Assembly (NCBI GenBank): GCA_051294375.1
Contig: CM119266.1
Span: 535,132 to 599,131, forward strand
DNA length: 64,000 nt
Reading direction: 5' to 3'
Source: Paraspadella gotoi
Taxonomy: Eukaryota; Animalia; Chaetognatha
Both the position numbers and the translations under genes were made by a program. Shown here piece by piece: positions 11,201-24,069 of the stretch. Within the stretch, counting starts at the first letter, position 1; each line of letters begins with the position of its first letter. Below the pieces are notes generated by a model. That model was not told the DNA's origin. It worked only from the letters and a program-made list of their open reading frames with translations, and searched no databases.

Positions 11201-14200
11201 CAAAAAGGCTATTTTACTTCCGCAAACCAAAGCAATTTCATAGCCACAGCCCCAGACCATACTCATTTAACCTACCAGAGTAAACCGCCTTCCAGTGAAT
11301 TGGCAAACCACATATTGAGCACCAATATACAAGCAAAAATCAACAATTCAACCAGCCAAAGGAAATATTTCCCAAACTATGGAACCTGAAAATTGAGCCA
11401 CCTCAATTATATAGACCACTGCTGTTCTTTTCCAAGACCAGAAAACATCATAACGCATCATTATCCTGTCAGAACACCATGCCCATTTCAGGACAAGGAC
11501 TGTATGCACTACTAGCGACCCACACACCATGGAAGAATGTGTAGATGGACACCAAGCAAAGACTCGTCTGGTGTTCTAACCACCACCGCCCTCGTCAAGA
11601 CTAGAAGAGGCGGTGATCGCGGAAGAACCGATAAACGGACTTGGTGGGCCTAGTTGATGTATTGCTTACGTACTCCTTCACGAGAATCATCAGACCATAC
11701 CGACCGGAATCACAGACCTTAACTTCAAAAAACTAGAATGACCAATGACGCCGAAACAGAGCGAACCGACAGAGGGATTGATGGTCCAAAAATGCCTAAG
11801 AGGAACTCTAGGCATTCAACTCTACATCTCTAACACACCAACTCAAGAAAGAACTCTCTTACAAATAATTATTGAACCATTTTATATAGTCTACCTTTGT
11901 ACTTAAACCTTTGTTATCAGTGTCATCGTTACCGTTGTTACCACTAATCAATTGTCCGTCATTAATAAACTTTGTCAACGACAATACTCTAGCATTTATA
12001 TTTACCCTCCGCTTATTTGACTAAAAACGTTGTCAAGCGAGTATTAAAAATATTTTATAATATTTTTGTTATATATTCTTATTGACTGATTTTATCTTTC
12101 TTTCCGAAAAGTGTAGAAGACGGTTTAATTAATATATTTTGCAGGAGAACATCACCTGCCCATTTTTTCCTAATTCTATATTTGCTTTCAATTCCTTTGA
12201 ATCTCTCTATTTTCCAAAAAAAAAAAAAAATTATTTTAAATATTACGGATACAAAAATCGAAAAAAACCCGCCTGTATTTTGTTTGAAGAGCAGAGGTGC
12301 AAAGTAAAGGATCTAGGTGAGGNNNNNNNNNNNNNNNNNNNNNNNNNNNNNNNNNNNNNNNNNNNNNNNNNNNNNNNNNNNNNNNNNNNNNNNNNNNNNN
12401 NNNNNNNNNNNNNNNNNNNNNNTTAGTTTAGTGTGAGGTACATATCTATATGTTTATACTATGTATATAAAAAAGTATGAATAAAAAAATTTTAGATGAG
12501 CATTATTATACAATTTTATAAAAGATAAATTTAAAAATATATAATAAATATACTGGAATATATGTTTAANNNNNNNNNNNNNNNNNNNNNNNNNNNNNNN
12601 NNNNNNNNNNNNNNNNNNNNNNNNNNNNNNNNNNNNNNNNNNNNNNNNNNNNNNNNNNNNNNNNNNNNNNNNNNNNNNNNNNNNNNNNNNNNNNNNNNNN
12701 NNNNNNNNNNNNNNNNNNNNNNNNNNNNNNNNNNNNNNNNNNNNNNNNNNNNNNNNNNNNNNNNNNNNNNNNNNNNNNNNNNNNNNNNNNNNNNNNNNNN
12801 NNNNNNNNNNNNNNNNNNNNNNNNNNNNNNNNNNNNNNNNNNNNNNNNNNNNNNNNNNNNNNNNNNNNNNNNNNNNNNNNNNNNNNNNNNNNNNNNNNNN
12901 NNCTTAAGATAGCTGGTAAGATATCTAATAAGTCAGAAAAAGGTAAAAAGTTAGAGTTCTGTAATATAAATAACGTTAGAGCATCTCTGTGGGATAATGA
13001 AATTATTAAAAAAATTAATAATTTATGCATTTAAAGTCTTGCTATAAATCATAAAATTTATATTTTNNNNNNNNNNNNNNNNNNNNNNNNNNNNNNNNNN
13101 NNNNNNNNNNNNNNNNNNNNNNNNNNNNNNNNNNNNNNNNNNNNNNNNNNNNNNNNNNNNNNNNNNNNNNNNNNNNNNNNNNNNNNNNNNNNNNNNNNNN
13201 NNNNNNNNNNNNNNNNNNNNNNNNNNNNNNNNNNNNNNNNNNNNNNNNNNNNNNNAAAACGGATTCGGGAAGAGCTTGAAAAAATGAATAAAAAAATATT
13301 ATTACAAGATTTTTAAATTTTTATGTTTTATTAGTTAAAAATAGCAAAAACTATAAAAATTATGGTATGATAATGATGATGATTTTTAATGGTTTTTCCC
13401 TTATTTGACCCACTTATCATCAAAATATTGAAAAACGCATTTTACTTTGTGTAGACTTTTTATGGGGTATCTGAATCCGCTCTTAAGAAAGAAAATTNNN
13501 NNNNNNNNNNNNNNNNNNNNNNNNNNNNNNNNNNNNNNNNNNNNNNNNNNNNNNNNNNNNNNNNNNNNNNNNNNNNNNNNNNNNNNNNNNNNNNNNNNNN
13601 NNNNNNNNNNNNNNNNNNNNNNNNNNNNNNNNNNNNNNNNNNNNNNNNNNNNNNNNNNNNNNNNNNNNNNNNNNNNNNNNNNNNNNNNNNNNNNNNNNNN
13701 NNNNNNNNNNNNNNNNNNNNNNNNNNNNNNNNNNNNNNNNNNNNNNNNNNNNNNNNNNNNNNNNNNNNNNNNNNNNNNNNNNNNNNNNNNTTACCCTCGT
13801 TATTTGACTAAACGTCAACGATATTAAAAATATATTTTTTAATATTTTTGTTATTATTCTTTGATTTTTATCTTCTTCGAAAGTGTAGACGGTTTATTAA
13901 TTAATTTTGCGGACATCAACCTGCATTTTTTCTTCTATATTGCTTCAATTCTTTTGAGTCTCTCTATTTTCCAAAAAAAAAAAAAAATATATTTTTAAAC
14001 ATATTTACGATAAAAAAATCGAAAAAACCCCTGTATTTTGTTGAAGAGCAGGTGCAAGTAAAGATCTAGTGGGTGCAGATAAAATTTTTTGAATGTTCCT
14101 TTGTCTTGATTTGTAAAGCCCTCTAGTAGAATAGAGTAAAAATACAAAGAAGATTTAATAGGACTGTTCTTTTGTTTCAGAAAAGATATACTTAAACTAA

Positions 14201-17200
14201 ATTTCATTGCTATCTTGTTTTAAAAACGCTCTTTTGTTTGTGGAGCTATCTGATTTATTAAGATCAAAACGGGCAAAAATTTGCTATTTTGTGTAAAGCG
14301 ATGCAAGTGAAAATCTAGTGGGTGCAGACAGAAGAGCAAATTTCTATAGAAAGTAAAGGGAAAATGCTCATAGTAAAAAAAGTCAGAGACAAATCCTTGT
14401 AGTAGGTAGAAAAAGTTATAAAAACGGAAAAAAATTGAAAAAAAAATTAGAGCTATTGGAAAAAAAAAATTTTCAGGGGGTAATTCTATTTCTAATTCTA
14501 TCTCACGTCGCGAAAAATCGGAGGACTCGTGGTACAAAACCTGAAAATAGAATCCGATGCTCTGGCAGAGAAGATTGAGGATGTACCACGAGTTGTCGAG
14601 AAAGAAGACGGAGAGGAGCAGAACGAGGCCGAGACAGAAGCAGAACTCGGAGAGTCGCCGGATGCCGAGACCCACGCCGGAGACTGTGGAGATGGTGGCG
14701 ATGATCGTGATGCACCACACGATGATCACCTTTCGGGGTGGATGGATGGGGGGCGGTGGGAGTAAAGAGTGAAAAATAAACAAATAGATATAAACAGACA
14801 GACAGGCAGAAATATGAACAAAGATAAAAAGATAGAAAAACGGAGATGTTTCTAGTAGGCAGTCAGACATTTAAATCTGAAGACAAACTGACTAACAGAC
14901 AGAAAGACAGGCAAGCAGACAGACCACCAGTCAAAAAGACAAGACAATCAGAAGAAAATGAGAAAAATAATCCGCGCCCGAGCCGGATTGGTAGGGAAGA
15001 GCGGAAAATTAATCTGTGAGCTGTGTGCCCCCTTCCACACCCCCTCTCATATCTACTTGCGCGATGGTCCCCATGACGAGATTCTCCGGGTCGAAGAGCT
15101 CGAGTCCCTTGTTGATCTGCATGGCGCCGAGGCCGAGCGAGGTGCAGACGCCGAAGAGAGTCGTGAAGATAGAGATTGTATCGATCGCGTCGCCGAACCA
15201 ACCGAAAATCTGAGTTTAATCAATACTGTTAGAAAATGACAAGAAAATGGGGATTTATTTATTATATTATTATTATTATAAAATGTCATATCCAAAGATT
15301 GACTTTCGAGTGGGCAAAAGGGAGGCATCATTTTTTTAAGTTTTAAGTCGTTTAAATAATATTCATTTTATTAATTTCAATCGATTTAGATTTGATTGAT
15401 TTTAGTTTTTTTTTTATTTAGATAGATTTTGATTATATAAATTCAATAATTGACTTTAATTATTTGCCAGATTTCATATAGGGTAGCGTTGATTAATCAA
15501 AAAAAGGTTTAATCAAATTGGTCGAGTGATTTATATATTTATTGATTTATATATTTATATATTAATTATTTTCTTTATTAATTTCTAATTTGCTCATTTA
15601 TTTGTTCATTTACTTGTTTAATTATTCGTTCATTTATTTGATATAGAGTGTCATAGTAAAACTTAATCAAATTTGGATGGACGGACCTTGTCCCCGATGA
15701 GTGGCCAGAAGCAAGACTTGATGGTGAGCGGGAGTCCCTTGCGATAACCGACGAGACCCAAAATGGCACCAATGATAGAATACACGATCCAACCATGGAT
15801 TCCCCAGTGGTACAGGGTCACGTTCATTGCGACCTTGAGAAAAATACGAGATACTAGAATATGAATAAAAATTATGTCATATGTGTTCTGGGTTGTGAGT
15901 TATTAAACTTTTAAAAAGCAAACATAGTACTTTATACCTTTTTTGATAGTATGTACATTTTGTATTTTTGTTTTTAGTGTTCTTTTTCAGTGTCTTCCGA
16001 CCGCGGCAAACAGGAACACGCGTGTCAATGCAGTGACGGGCAAAGTGTACATCAAGCTGTAGTAGCGTGCGAGGACAGCGACTAACCAACCAACTTAACA
16101 GTACCAAGCAGACTTGTGACCTTGCTGTCAAGTGTGTTGTCGGGCGATTGGTATCAGTTCGACCAAGTAGCGATGGAAGATAGGACAGAACCAACGAAAG
16201 CAGACTGAACCGACCGCTGGACCTGCCCGCTAATGTGCTTGTCGGGCATTGGTGGAATTTGAATGGAATTTGAATTGAATGACCAAGGAGAAACGGACAG
16301 ACAGACATGCGCAACTAACTGATTGACCAACTCACTGGACCTGGGCCAATGTTTTTTTGGGGCATGGTGTAATCGACCAAGTAGTGACAGATGGACAGAC
16401 AGACCAACTAACAGACAGGCCAAAACTCGCTTACCTGGGCCAATGTGTTGTCCGGCTAGTGTGTAGTCGACCGAGTAGCACTCTTCAACGTATAGTGAAT
16501 AAAACTTGTCGGCGGACGCCGTAAAAGAAAAGTCCGACGCTGACGGCCGCCAAGAAAGAACATGAAGAACCATGTGACATGTCGTTGTATTCGGGCACGT
16601 TCGTCGTCTTGAGGGAAAAAAAGACTAAGTGAAATGAGAGGGTAAGATTAAAACAGGGGAAGGGCTTTTTCATCGCCATTACTGGAATCTTATTTTATTA
16701 AAACTTTGTCTTTTAAATAATATCTGATGTCTCAATGCTGAATATAATTTCAAAAATTACCTTCAAAACATAACCTGTTTGTGACTGCAACCGATTGTGT
16801 TAATTTAATACGACAACAACGAAAACGACAACAAAGACAACAACGACAATACACCAACAACATTAACAACAGGGACAACGAAAAAGACGAAAAAGAGACG
16901 CTGCGACAACGACGATAAATACGATGACGACAAAGACTACGACGATGATGACGACAACAAACAATAACCTGTAATTACAATGTAGTTTTTCAGAGTTGTC
17001 ATTCTGACATGGCAATTTGATTCATTGATAGTATTTCCTCGTAGCAAAGACCAAGGGAATAAACCATCAATGAAACTCGGTAATTACCTTTTTCCCAGTT
17101 TTATCTGCGAATACTTGGAGAAGTAAAGCCAAATGAAGAAGAGGCCCAAATATCTTGGAGACCAATGTAAAGCCAGGTTAAATAGGTCCGTCACCCAAGC

Positions 17201-17378
17201 CTGATTTCGAACCGGGAGGGGGGGCGTTAGAAATAAATTAACCGAAAAAATTAGTTCGGAACGGCTCGTCCACCTTGGCCACTTTGAAGCTGCGCCGGCG
17301 TTTGGATCGATGATGCAGCCGAGGATGAAAGCCCAGAATGATGAAGAATAGCGAGGAGAGTCACGATTGGGTTAAATC
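2256..17378 (-). CDS. BCCT family (betaine/choline/carnitine) transporter, copy A, coding exons 2-11. Exon 1 is missing here (probably in the gap at 17610) and the C-terminal helices lie beyond the window or are disrupted.
   Basis: GT-AG exons: ~17378-17274, 17200-17088, ~16605-16435 (these three are indel-noisy), then phase-consistent 15833-15687 ([18 protein letters not shown]...[18 protein letters not shown]), 15209-15057 ([33 protein letters not shown]), 14729-14541 ([28 protein letters not shown]...GFYFQ), 3687-3513 ([12 protein letters not shown]...[16 protein letters not shown]), 3287-3180 ([17 protein letters not shown]), 2844-2618 and 2371-2256. WTxFYWxWWIxWSPFVGMFIAxISKGRT is the BCCT signature. 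Confidence 0.93.
5558..5866 (+). repeat. Partial copy of the Helentron/DINE-1-like element at 35866, nested in the TIR element
   Basis: AAACAAGTTTGAGCAAACAATGTCGGATCTGCCCACGATCATTAT...(TTAA-rich)...AAGAAGCATAATCAATTAGT is near-identical to 35866-36046. Confidence 0.8.
6246..6530 (+). CDS. Stand-alone DUF7041-type Ty3/Gypsy Gag N-terminal domain ORF (94 aa)
   Basis: The translation [48 protein letters not shown]...[13 protein letters not shown] matches the KLPxFWxxxxxLWFxxxEAQF...ITxxxTKYxHVVxxL...PYxxLKxxL pattern of Gypsy Gag. ATG and TGA are intact. A PBS-like TGGTGAGCCCTAC lies at 6180-6192. Confidence 0.85.
   Translation: MPGDQVAVAIAAAVSVKLPDFWPNEAQLWFVRAEAQFATRDITASLTRYYHVVTALSEEVSRKIRDFFLDGPEELENPFNALKMRLLDTFRATR
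7964..12039 (+). mobile_element. LTR retroelement (~4.1 kb, probably non-autonomous), LTRs ~7964-8407 and ~11611-12039
   Basis: Noisy ~430 bp direct repeats (CCGATAAACGGA.CTTGGT.GGCC...TTATTTG.ACTAAACG.TCAACG). A PBS-like TGGCAACTCTGTCGTGAT lies at 8411 and a purine tract AGAAGAGG at 11603-11610. The ATAT target duplication is at 7960-7963 and after the 3' LTR in the cleaner repeat at 13821. The empty site is at ~18050-18075. Confidence 0.75.
12990..13497. repeat. Gap-flanked duplicate of intronic sequence at 3885-4530 (redundant assembly segment)
   Basis: ATTAAAAAAATTAAT...TTTAAAGTCTTGCTATAAATCATAAAATTTATATTTT and GACCCACTTATCATCAAAATATTGAAAAACGC...AAGAAAATT recur almost exactly. Confidence 0.8.
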
Positions 17379-18919
17379 TTTTTTGGGGAAATGGGCGGGG
17401 GGAGGGGGGAGAGAGAAAGAGCGAAAAATCGGAAAACAAAAAAGGAGAAAAAAGAAGGCAGAGCATAAAACGGATTCAGAATAGAGGAAGTAAAAAAAGG
17501 AGAAGTTTAAATAAAAGGAATGAAAAAGAAAAAGAAACGGGGATAAACAATTAAACATTTTGATGATATCATTCCTTACAAAAAAAACCAGCTTTTCTTC
17601 TCTCTTTTTNNNNNNNNNNNNNNNNNNNNNNNNNNNNNNNNNNNNNNNNNNNNNNNNNNNNNNNNNNNNNNNNNNNNNNNNNNNNNNNNNNNNNNNNNNN
17701 NNNNNNNNNCCTTAATATCTAATGCAGGCTATACCTGCCCCTGCTAAATCCTAATACCTTTTTAATATTTATCTGGAGACAATTATCTATCTTGCTTGCA
17801 AATTTTGAAGGAAAAGTAGTCACTTGCGCAGGTCCTTGGTGGGAAGCGTGACGGTTCCGTTAAGAGTGTCGTTGCTGGATAATAAAGGGAATTGTCTATT
17901 ACTTTATTTTTCAATTATTTACATGAAATCTGAATTATGAGCATGGGATCAACAGAGCTACTCCAACTTAATTTCTAATAATTTCAAATGGAGTTAATAT
18001 GGTATATAATCTCTGATCTAATAACGTGATTGTGAATAGTTGTTCCAAATTTAAAAATTGGTTTATATTAAAAATATATTTTTAAATATTTTTGTTATTA
18101 TTCTTTGATTTTTATCTTCTTCGAATGTGTAGACGGTTTATTAATTAATTTTGCGGACATCAACCTGCATTTTTTCTTCTATATTGCTTCAATTCTTTTG
18201 AGTCTCTCTATTTTGCAAAAATATTAAAAAAAATACTTTTAAACATATTTACGATAAAAAAATCGAAAAAAACACTTGTTATTTTGTTGAAGAGCAGGTG
18301 CAAGTAAAGATCTAGTGGGTGCAGATAAAATTTTTTGAATGTTCCTTTGTCTTGTTTTGTAAAGCCCTCTAGTAGAATAGAGTAAAAATACAAAGAAGAG
18401 TTAATAGGACTGTTCTTTTATTTCAGAAAAGATATACTTAAACTAAATTTCATTGCTATCGCTACTAAATCGCCTATGTGTTTTTAAACGACGACGCTCT
18501 CTTTTTTTTCTGCGTGAGCCATCTGCATTTACTTTAAGCTCAAACCGGGTGTGCATAAAATCTTGCTGATTTGTGTTACGGAGCCTTATCCATCACCAGG
18601 CTTGTAAGCGATGCAAGTGCAAAATCTAGTGGCGCTGACATGACACGTACAAAGCAAATTTTCTATAGAGATTTAAAGAAACAGCTATAGAAAAAACATT
18701 CAGCAAAATACCCTTTTAGTACGGTAGCAAAAAGTCTATAAAAACGGAAAAAAACAAATTGAAAAAAAACATTTAAGGTGATTGTAGGACAAACAATATA
18801 AGATATTTCAGGTGCCAACAACGGTCTTAGCACATCTCTATCTCTTCTAAGTCCTGCCCTATTCACCGTCCAGGCGATCCGAAATCCGGCAGCCGGGACT
18901 CGGGTTGTCGTTACAACAA

Positions 18920-20800
18920 CGCTGAAATAGAATCCGATGCTTCTGGTCAGAGAAGGATGACGGGCACATTTGACCTAACTATCTCTTCTCCCCGATGACC
19001 CACCGAGTTGCTACCCTGCAGAAAAGGGAACGAACGCGAGAGGCAGCAAGACACGGGCAGCCGAGACAGGAAGCCCGAGTCCATAAGCTCGGGAGAGTCG
19101 CCGGGAATGCGCCCGAGACCCACGCCCCCGGTGTGAAGCAGCCCCTGTGGACCCCGGTGGCCCCGGCATGGATCGTAGAGCTGCAAACACCACCCGTACT
19201 GATCCCGGCAAACCTCCCTACCTTTGGGCGTGCCGCTTGTGATGCAGAATGGCGGCCGGCTGCCGAGCCGCAGTAGACCTTCTGGGTAAGTACCCAATCA
19301 GATCGTGACGACATAATTACAACAAATAGATATAAACAGACAGACAGGCAGAAATCCTCACATGGAACCCAAAGATACGAGAGTAATCAAAGATAGAAAA
19401 AACGGAGACTGTTTCTACGTAATGGCAGTCAGTTACTATTTAAATCGACTTGAACACAACTGCACTAACAGACAGAAAGAAAGCAAGCAGGACCAGACCC
19501 ACCAGATCAAAAGCAGTGAGACGACCGGGCGGGGGGACCCGCATCCAGCAAGACGCCTCTGCCAAGACCCAACCCGTCAGACAAGGTCAACCATGAGCAA
19601 AACGAACTTTCCTCTCACGAGGCTCACTTCTGCCTCCGGCGGAGGGACGATTCTCTCCCAATGACAGCGCCGGCTCGCCTTGACGGTTTACGGGTAAGAG
19701 GGCGCGTGGATTTAGGCATAGATTGAATTCCTTCGTTTGAACGCTCCAGTGCTCCATTGTGCCCCCCCCCTACTCCACACGTCCACCTCTCCTGCTCAAT
19801 CTACTTCGCGCGCGATTCCCCAGATGATTCGAGATCTCTTCCGGCGGACTCCCGAAAGAGTTCCGAATCCCTTATCTCGCATCTGCATTGGCGCCCCGTA
19901 CTGCGCCCGAGCGAGTGCAGACGCCGGAAGAGAGCTCGTCGAACAGATGCGCATGATGTGTATCGCATCGCCGTCCGCCCTTATCTCATATCTCTCGAAA
20001 ATCTGAGTTATTAAATCGAATACTCGTTTAGTATAATATATATATATATGTGGATGTTAATTTATTCATTATTATTATAAAGTTCACTATTCCAAAAGAT
20101 TGACGTTTCGATCCTGTGGGGTCCTATTACAGGACGATCACTCTTTTAATAATTTATAGTCGGGGTAAACATAACTATATTTCTTTAACATTACAACTCA
20201 GGGATTTAGATCTTGATTGATTATTTTTCTTTTCTATTTTAGCATAACTTTTTTATTCTATTAATCCACAACATAAGTAATATTTTAGTATTCATATAGC
20301 CAGATACTCACAATACAAGAAGTGAACATACAATACTAGAGTAAAAACACACTACTTCTATATCTCAAATAGACGGAGTATAAGAGAATATATAACAAAA
20401 TCTTGACTAATATATTATCAATCAAACACTAAGCATATACACCACAAAAACAATATAGAAATCCTACCAAGAAGGCGCAAAGACATATATAAAAAAAATA
20501 TATATTATCAGCATAAATAATAAATAAACTATATATAAATAAAAAGATACACACATATGCAGTATAAAAAAGAAAAATAAAAACGACAAGTAAGACCCTA
20601 AACTTAATAAATACTAATATCTAAAATAAAGCAATAGGCACCATAGAAATAAGATAATCCTGTCGATCTATCACATATATAAACCTGAGAAAAATATACC
20701 AAACACCACGGAAATTAACAAGATAGAAGAAAAGATAGAAAAAACAGTATTATATGAGGATAAAATAAAAAAAAGACAAGAAAAAAAAAAACAAAAAAAG

Positions 20801-20838
<38 letters not shown>

Positions 20839-20860
20839 AAACATCAGAAACAAAAAAAAG

Positions 20861-20893
<33 letters not shown>

Positions 20894-23532
20894 AAAAAAA
20901 GAAGAGATAAAGCAAAGTAAATGTACAAAACAGATAAAAATACGAAAAAACAAAAACTAAACATTTAAATTCAAAAACAAAAGTAATACACACATTACAG
21001 ATAGAGAGAAGAAAAAATAAAAAAAATAAAGAACAAAAAAAAAAACCAAGACAAAAAAAAAACAAAAAAAGAAATATATATTAAAAAAAAATTATTATAT
21101 AAAAAAATAATATAACGATAAAAGAAAAAGGAAACGACGATAACCTAGCAATAGGAAATAAAGAATATCTCATATCTTGTCGCGTCCAGGCTCTGCCCGG
21201 CACCTATGTGAATTTATCTAAGACTTTAAAAAAGGGCATTAGGACATGATCAGTACTGTAGATCACCTTTTTTCTGAATACGTATGTACATTTGTATTTT
21301 TAGTGCTTTCAGTCTCGAGTCCGGGCACACCGTGCCACCACAGCACTCACACGGATGCGCTAGGGATCCACATGACTGTGTGACGGGCCAAAGTGTTAAA
21401 TGCAGACTGAGTAGCGCGATGCGCACAGACTACACCAAGCCAACACTGAGACCAGCCAACCAGACTACACCTGTCGACCTTCTCAATGTGCTCGTGTTGC
21501 TCGCGGCACTGTATAGCTCCGACGCCCAATACTAGCGATGAGGAAGGATGCGGACAGACCAACGAACAGACCTGACGACTTCGCCTGACCTGCGCTTAAT
21601 GTAGTTGCCGGGCATGTGGCGGTGGAATTGAATGGAATTGAAGTTGACCATGGACCAAGGCTAAAACGGGAGCGAGACAGAAATCGCCACACTAACGAGC
21701 TGTGACGCTTGACCCAACAGTCAGCCTGAACTGGGCACATGCTGTTTTGGTTTGGGGGGCGAATTGAGCGTGTTAACTCGCAACCCCACACGTAGTCTGA
21801 CCAGCGTCATCATGGATCAGGACAGTCACCGCCAACTACAGACACGACCACTCGTCCCCTGACTCTGCCTCGGCCAATGTGCTTTGTCACGCACGCTATC
21901 GTGTAGCNNNNNNNNNNNNNNNNNNNNNNNNNATGTGTTTTTTGGGGCATGGTGTAATCGACCAAGTAGTGATAGATGGACAGACAGACCAAGTAACAGA
22001 CCGACCAACTCGCTGACCTGGGCCAATGTGTTGTCGGGCATGGTGTAGTCGACCGAGTAGCGACTCTTCAACGTATAGTGATAAACTGGTTCGGCGACGC
22101 CGTAAAAGAAAAGTCCGACGCTGACGCCGCAAGAGAAGAACATGAAGAACCATGTGACATCGTTGTATTCGGGAACGTCGTCGTCTTGAGGGAAAAAAAG
22201 ACTAAGTGAAATGAGAGGGTAAGTTAAAAACAGGAGAAGGGCTTTTCATCGCATTACTGAATCTTATTTTATTAAAACTTTTGTCTTTTAAATAATATCT
22301 GATAGTCTCAATGCTGAATATAATTCAAAATTACCTTCAAACATAACCTGTTTGTGACATGCAACCGATTGTGTTAATTTAATACGACAACAACTAAAAC
22401 GACAACAAAGACAACAACGACAATACAAACAACCATTAACAACAGGGACAACGAAAAAGACGAAAGAGACGCTGCGACAACGACGATAAATACGATGACG
22501 ACAAAGACTACGACGATGATGACGACAACAAACAATAACCTGTCATTATAATGTAGTTTTTCAGAGTTGTCATTCTGACAAGGCAATTTGATTCATTGAT
22601 GGCATTTCCTCGGAGCAAAGACCAAGGAAATACCATCAATGAACTGGTAATTACCTTTTCCCAGTTTTATCTGCGAATACTTGGAGAAGTAAAGCCAAAT
22701 GAAGAAGAGAGCCCAAATATCTTGAGAGCCAATGTAAAGCCACGTAAATAGGTCCGTCACCCAAGCCTGATTTCGAAACGGGAGGGGGGCGTTAGAAATA
22801 AATTAACCGAAAAATTAGTTCGGAACGGCTCTGTCCACCTTTGGCCACTTTGAAAGCTTGTCGCCGGCGTTTGGATACGAGATGCAGCCCGAGCGATGTT
22901 GGAGAGCCCAGGATGATGAAAAGAAGGCTCGAGCGAGAGTTCACGCGATTGGGTTAAAATCCTTTTTGGGGAAATAGAGGGGGGGGGAAGGGGGCGAGAG
23001 AGAAGAAAGAGCGAAATCGGAAAAACGGAAAACAAAAAAAGGAAAAAAGATAGACGGACAGAGCATTTTAAGAAAACGAGAACTTCGAGTAATAGAGGGG
23101 ATAGTAACAAAAGCAGAGAAGCTGAAATAAAAGAATAAGAAAAGAAAACGAAACCGGCGTTGATAACCAATTAAACATTTGATGATAATCATTCCTACGA
23201 AAAAACAAACAACCCCAGCTCTGTATCTTCAAATCACCTCGAAAGGGCCCGAGCCTCCACCAGAGGCTCTTGTCGACGATCTCATCGGTATCGCCCCTCA
23301 AGCGCACAAAATCCCCCGGCCGCTGGACAATCCGTCCGCTCGAGCGCCGGTCCAGGCTAACCATGCCTTCTTTCGGCTCGTACATCGCCGGCGGATCCAC
23401 GTAGGGCCACTTCTCCGCGGCGCCGTAGCCACGCGACGCCGCGATCGCCACCGACGGCGTCGAATCGTTTCCGGCGCCGTTGTGGCGATAATAATCCTCG
23501 GCGTCGTAGGCGTCGGGTTTTTCCAGAGTCAT
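18920..23532 (-). CDS. BCCT transporter copy B (exons 1-7; 5' exons mostly clean, 3' exons corrupted by indels)
   Basis: Exon 23532-23238 reads MTLEKPDAYDAEDYY...WWRLGPFR. Exon 22766-22655 reads [37 protein letters not shown]. Exon 22184-22018 reads [36 protein letters not shown]. Garbled versions of later exons lie at ~19800-20005 and ~18920-19280. Confidence 0.75.
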
Positions 23533-24036
23533 CTCGCGGTTTTTAGGGAGAGATGGCGCGACTGGGGAATTTGAAAGATCATTTGTCGTTTTATTTAAAA
23601 AAAAAATAAAATGAAAACAGATTGATAGAAAAGTTGAAAACAGAAGGATTGAAAATAGAAAGAAAGAAAGAATCAAAAAAAAGCAAAAAAGATGAGAAAA
23701 TATTCATAAAAAAACTAAAGAAAAAAGAAAAAAGAAAGAGAGAAAGAAAAAAAANNNNNNNNNNNNNNNNNNNNNNNNNGAGCCTCAACTAAAAAATCTT
23801 TCGACCTAACCTCCCGCTGCTCCGCCACTCCCCAGTTTTCCACTTTTTCTTTTTTAATCAACCTGAGTCAAACCGTTGTTCTCTCGTATAGATTCATTCT
23901 ATTTTCATTAGAGGGACCGAAACTTTTATTGTAACAATAAGTTTTGACCTTAAATTGGTTACGGGGAATTCTTCTCGAAAGTTATTTCCATTTCAGATTC
24001 TATCCCCACATCAGTGCTCTGTTTGTTTTCTTTGTC

Positions 24037-24069
<33 letters not shown>

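Noticed and set aside
12323-13790. Long ORFs in the track made of X residues (also 30604-31587 and 62855-63261)
   Set aside because: Artefacts of translating N gaps.
20380-21160. Poly-A-rich block suggesting a retro-tail or poly-Phe ORFs
   Set aside because: It occupies the position of the sequence seen at ~15400-15900 in copy A and looks like degraded raw-read sequence.
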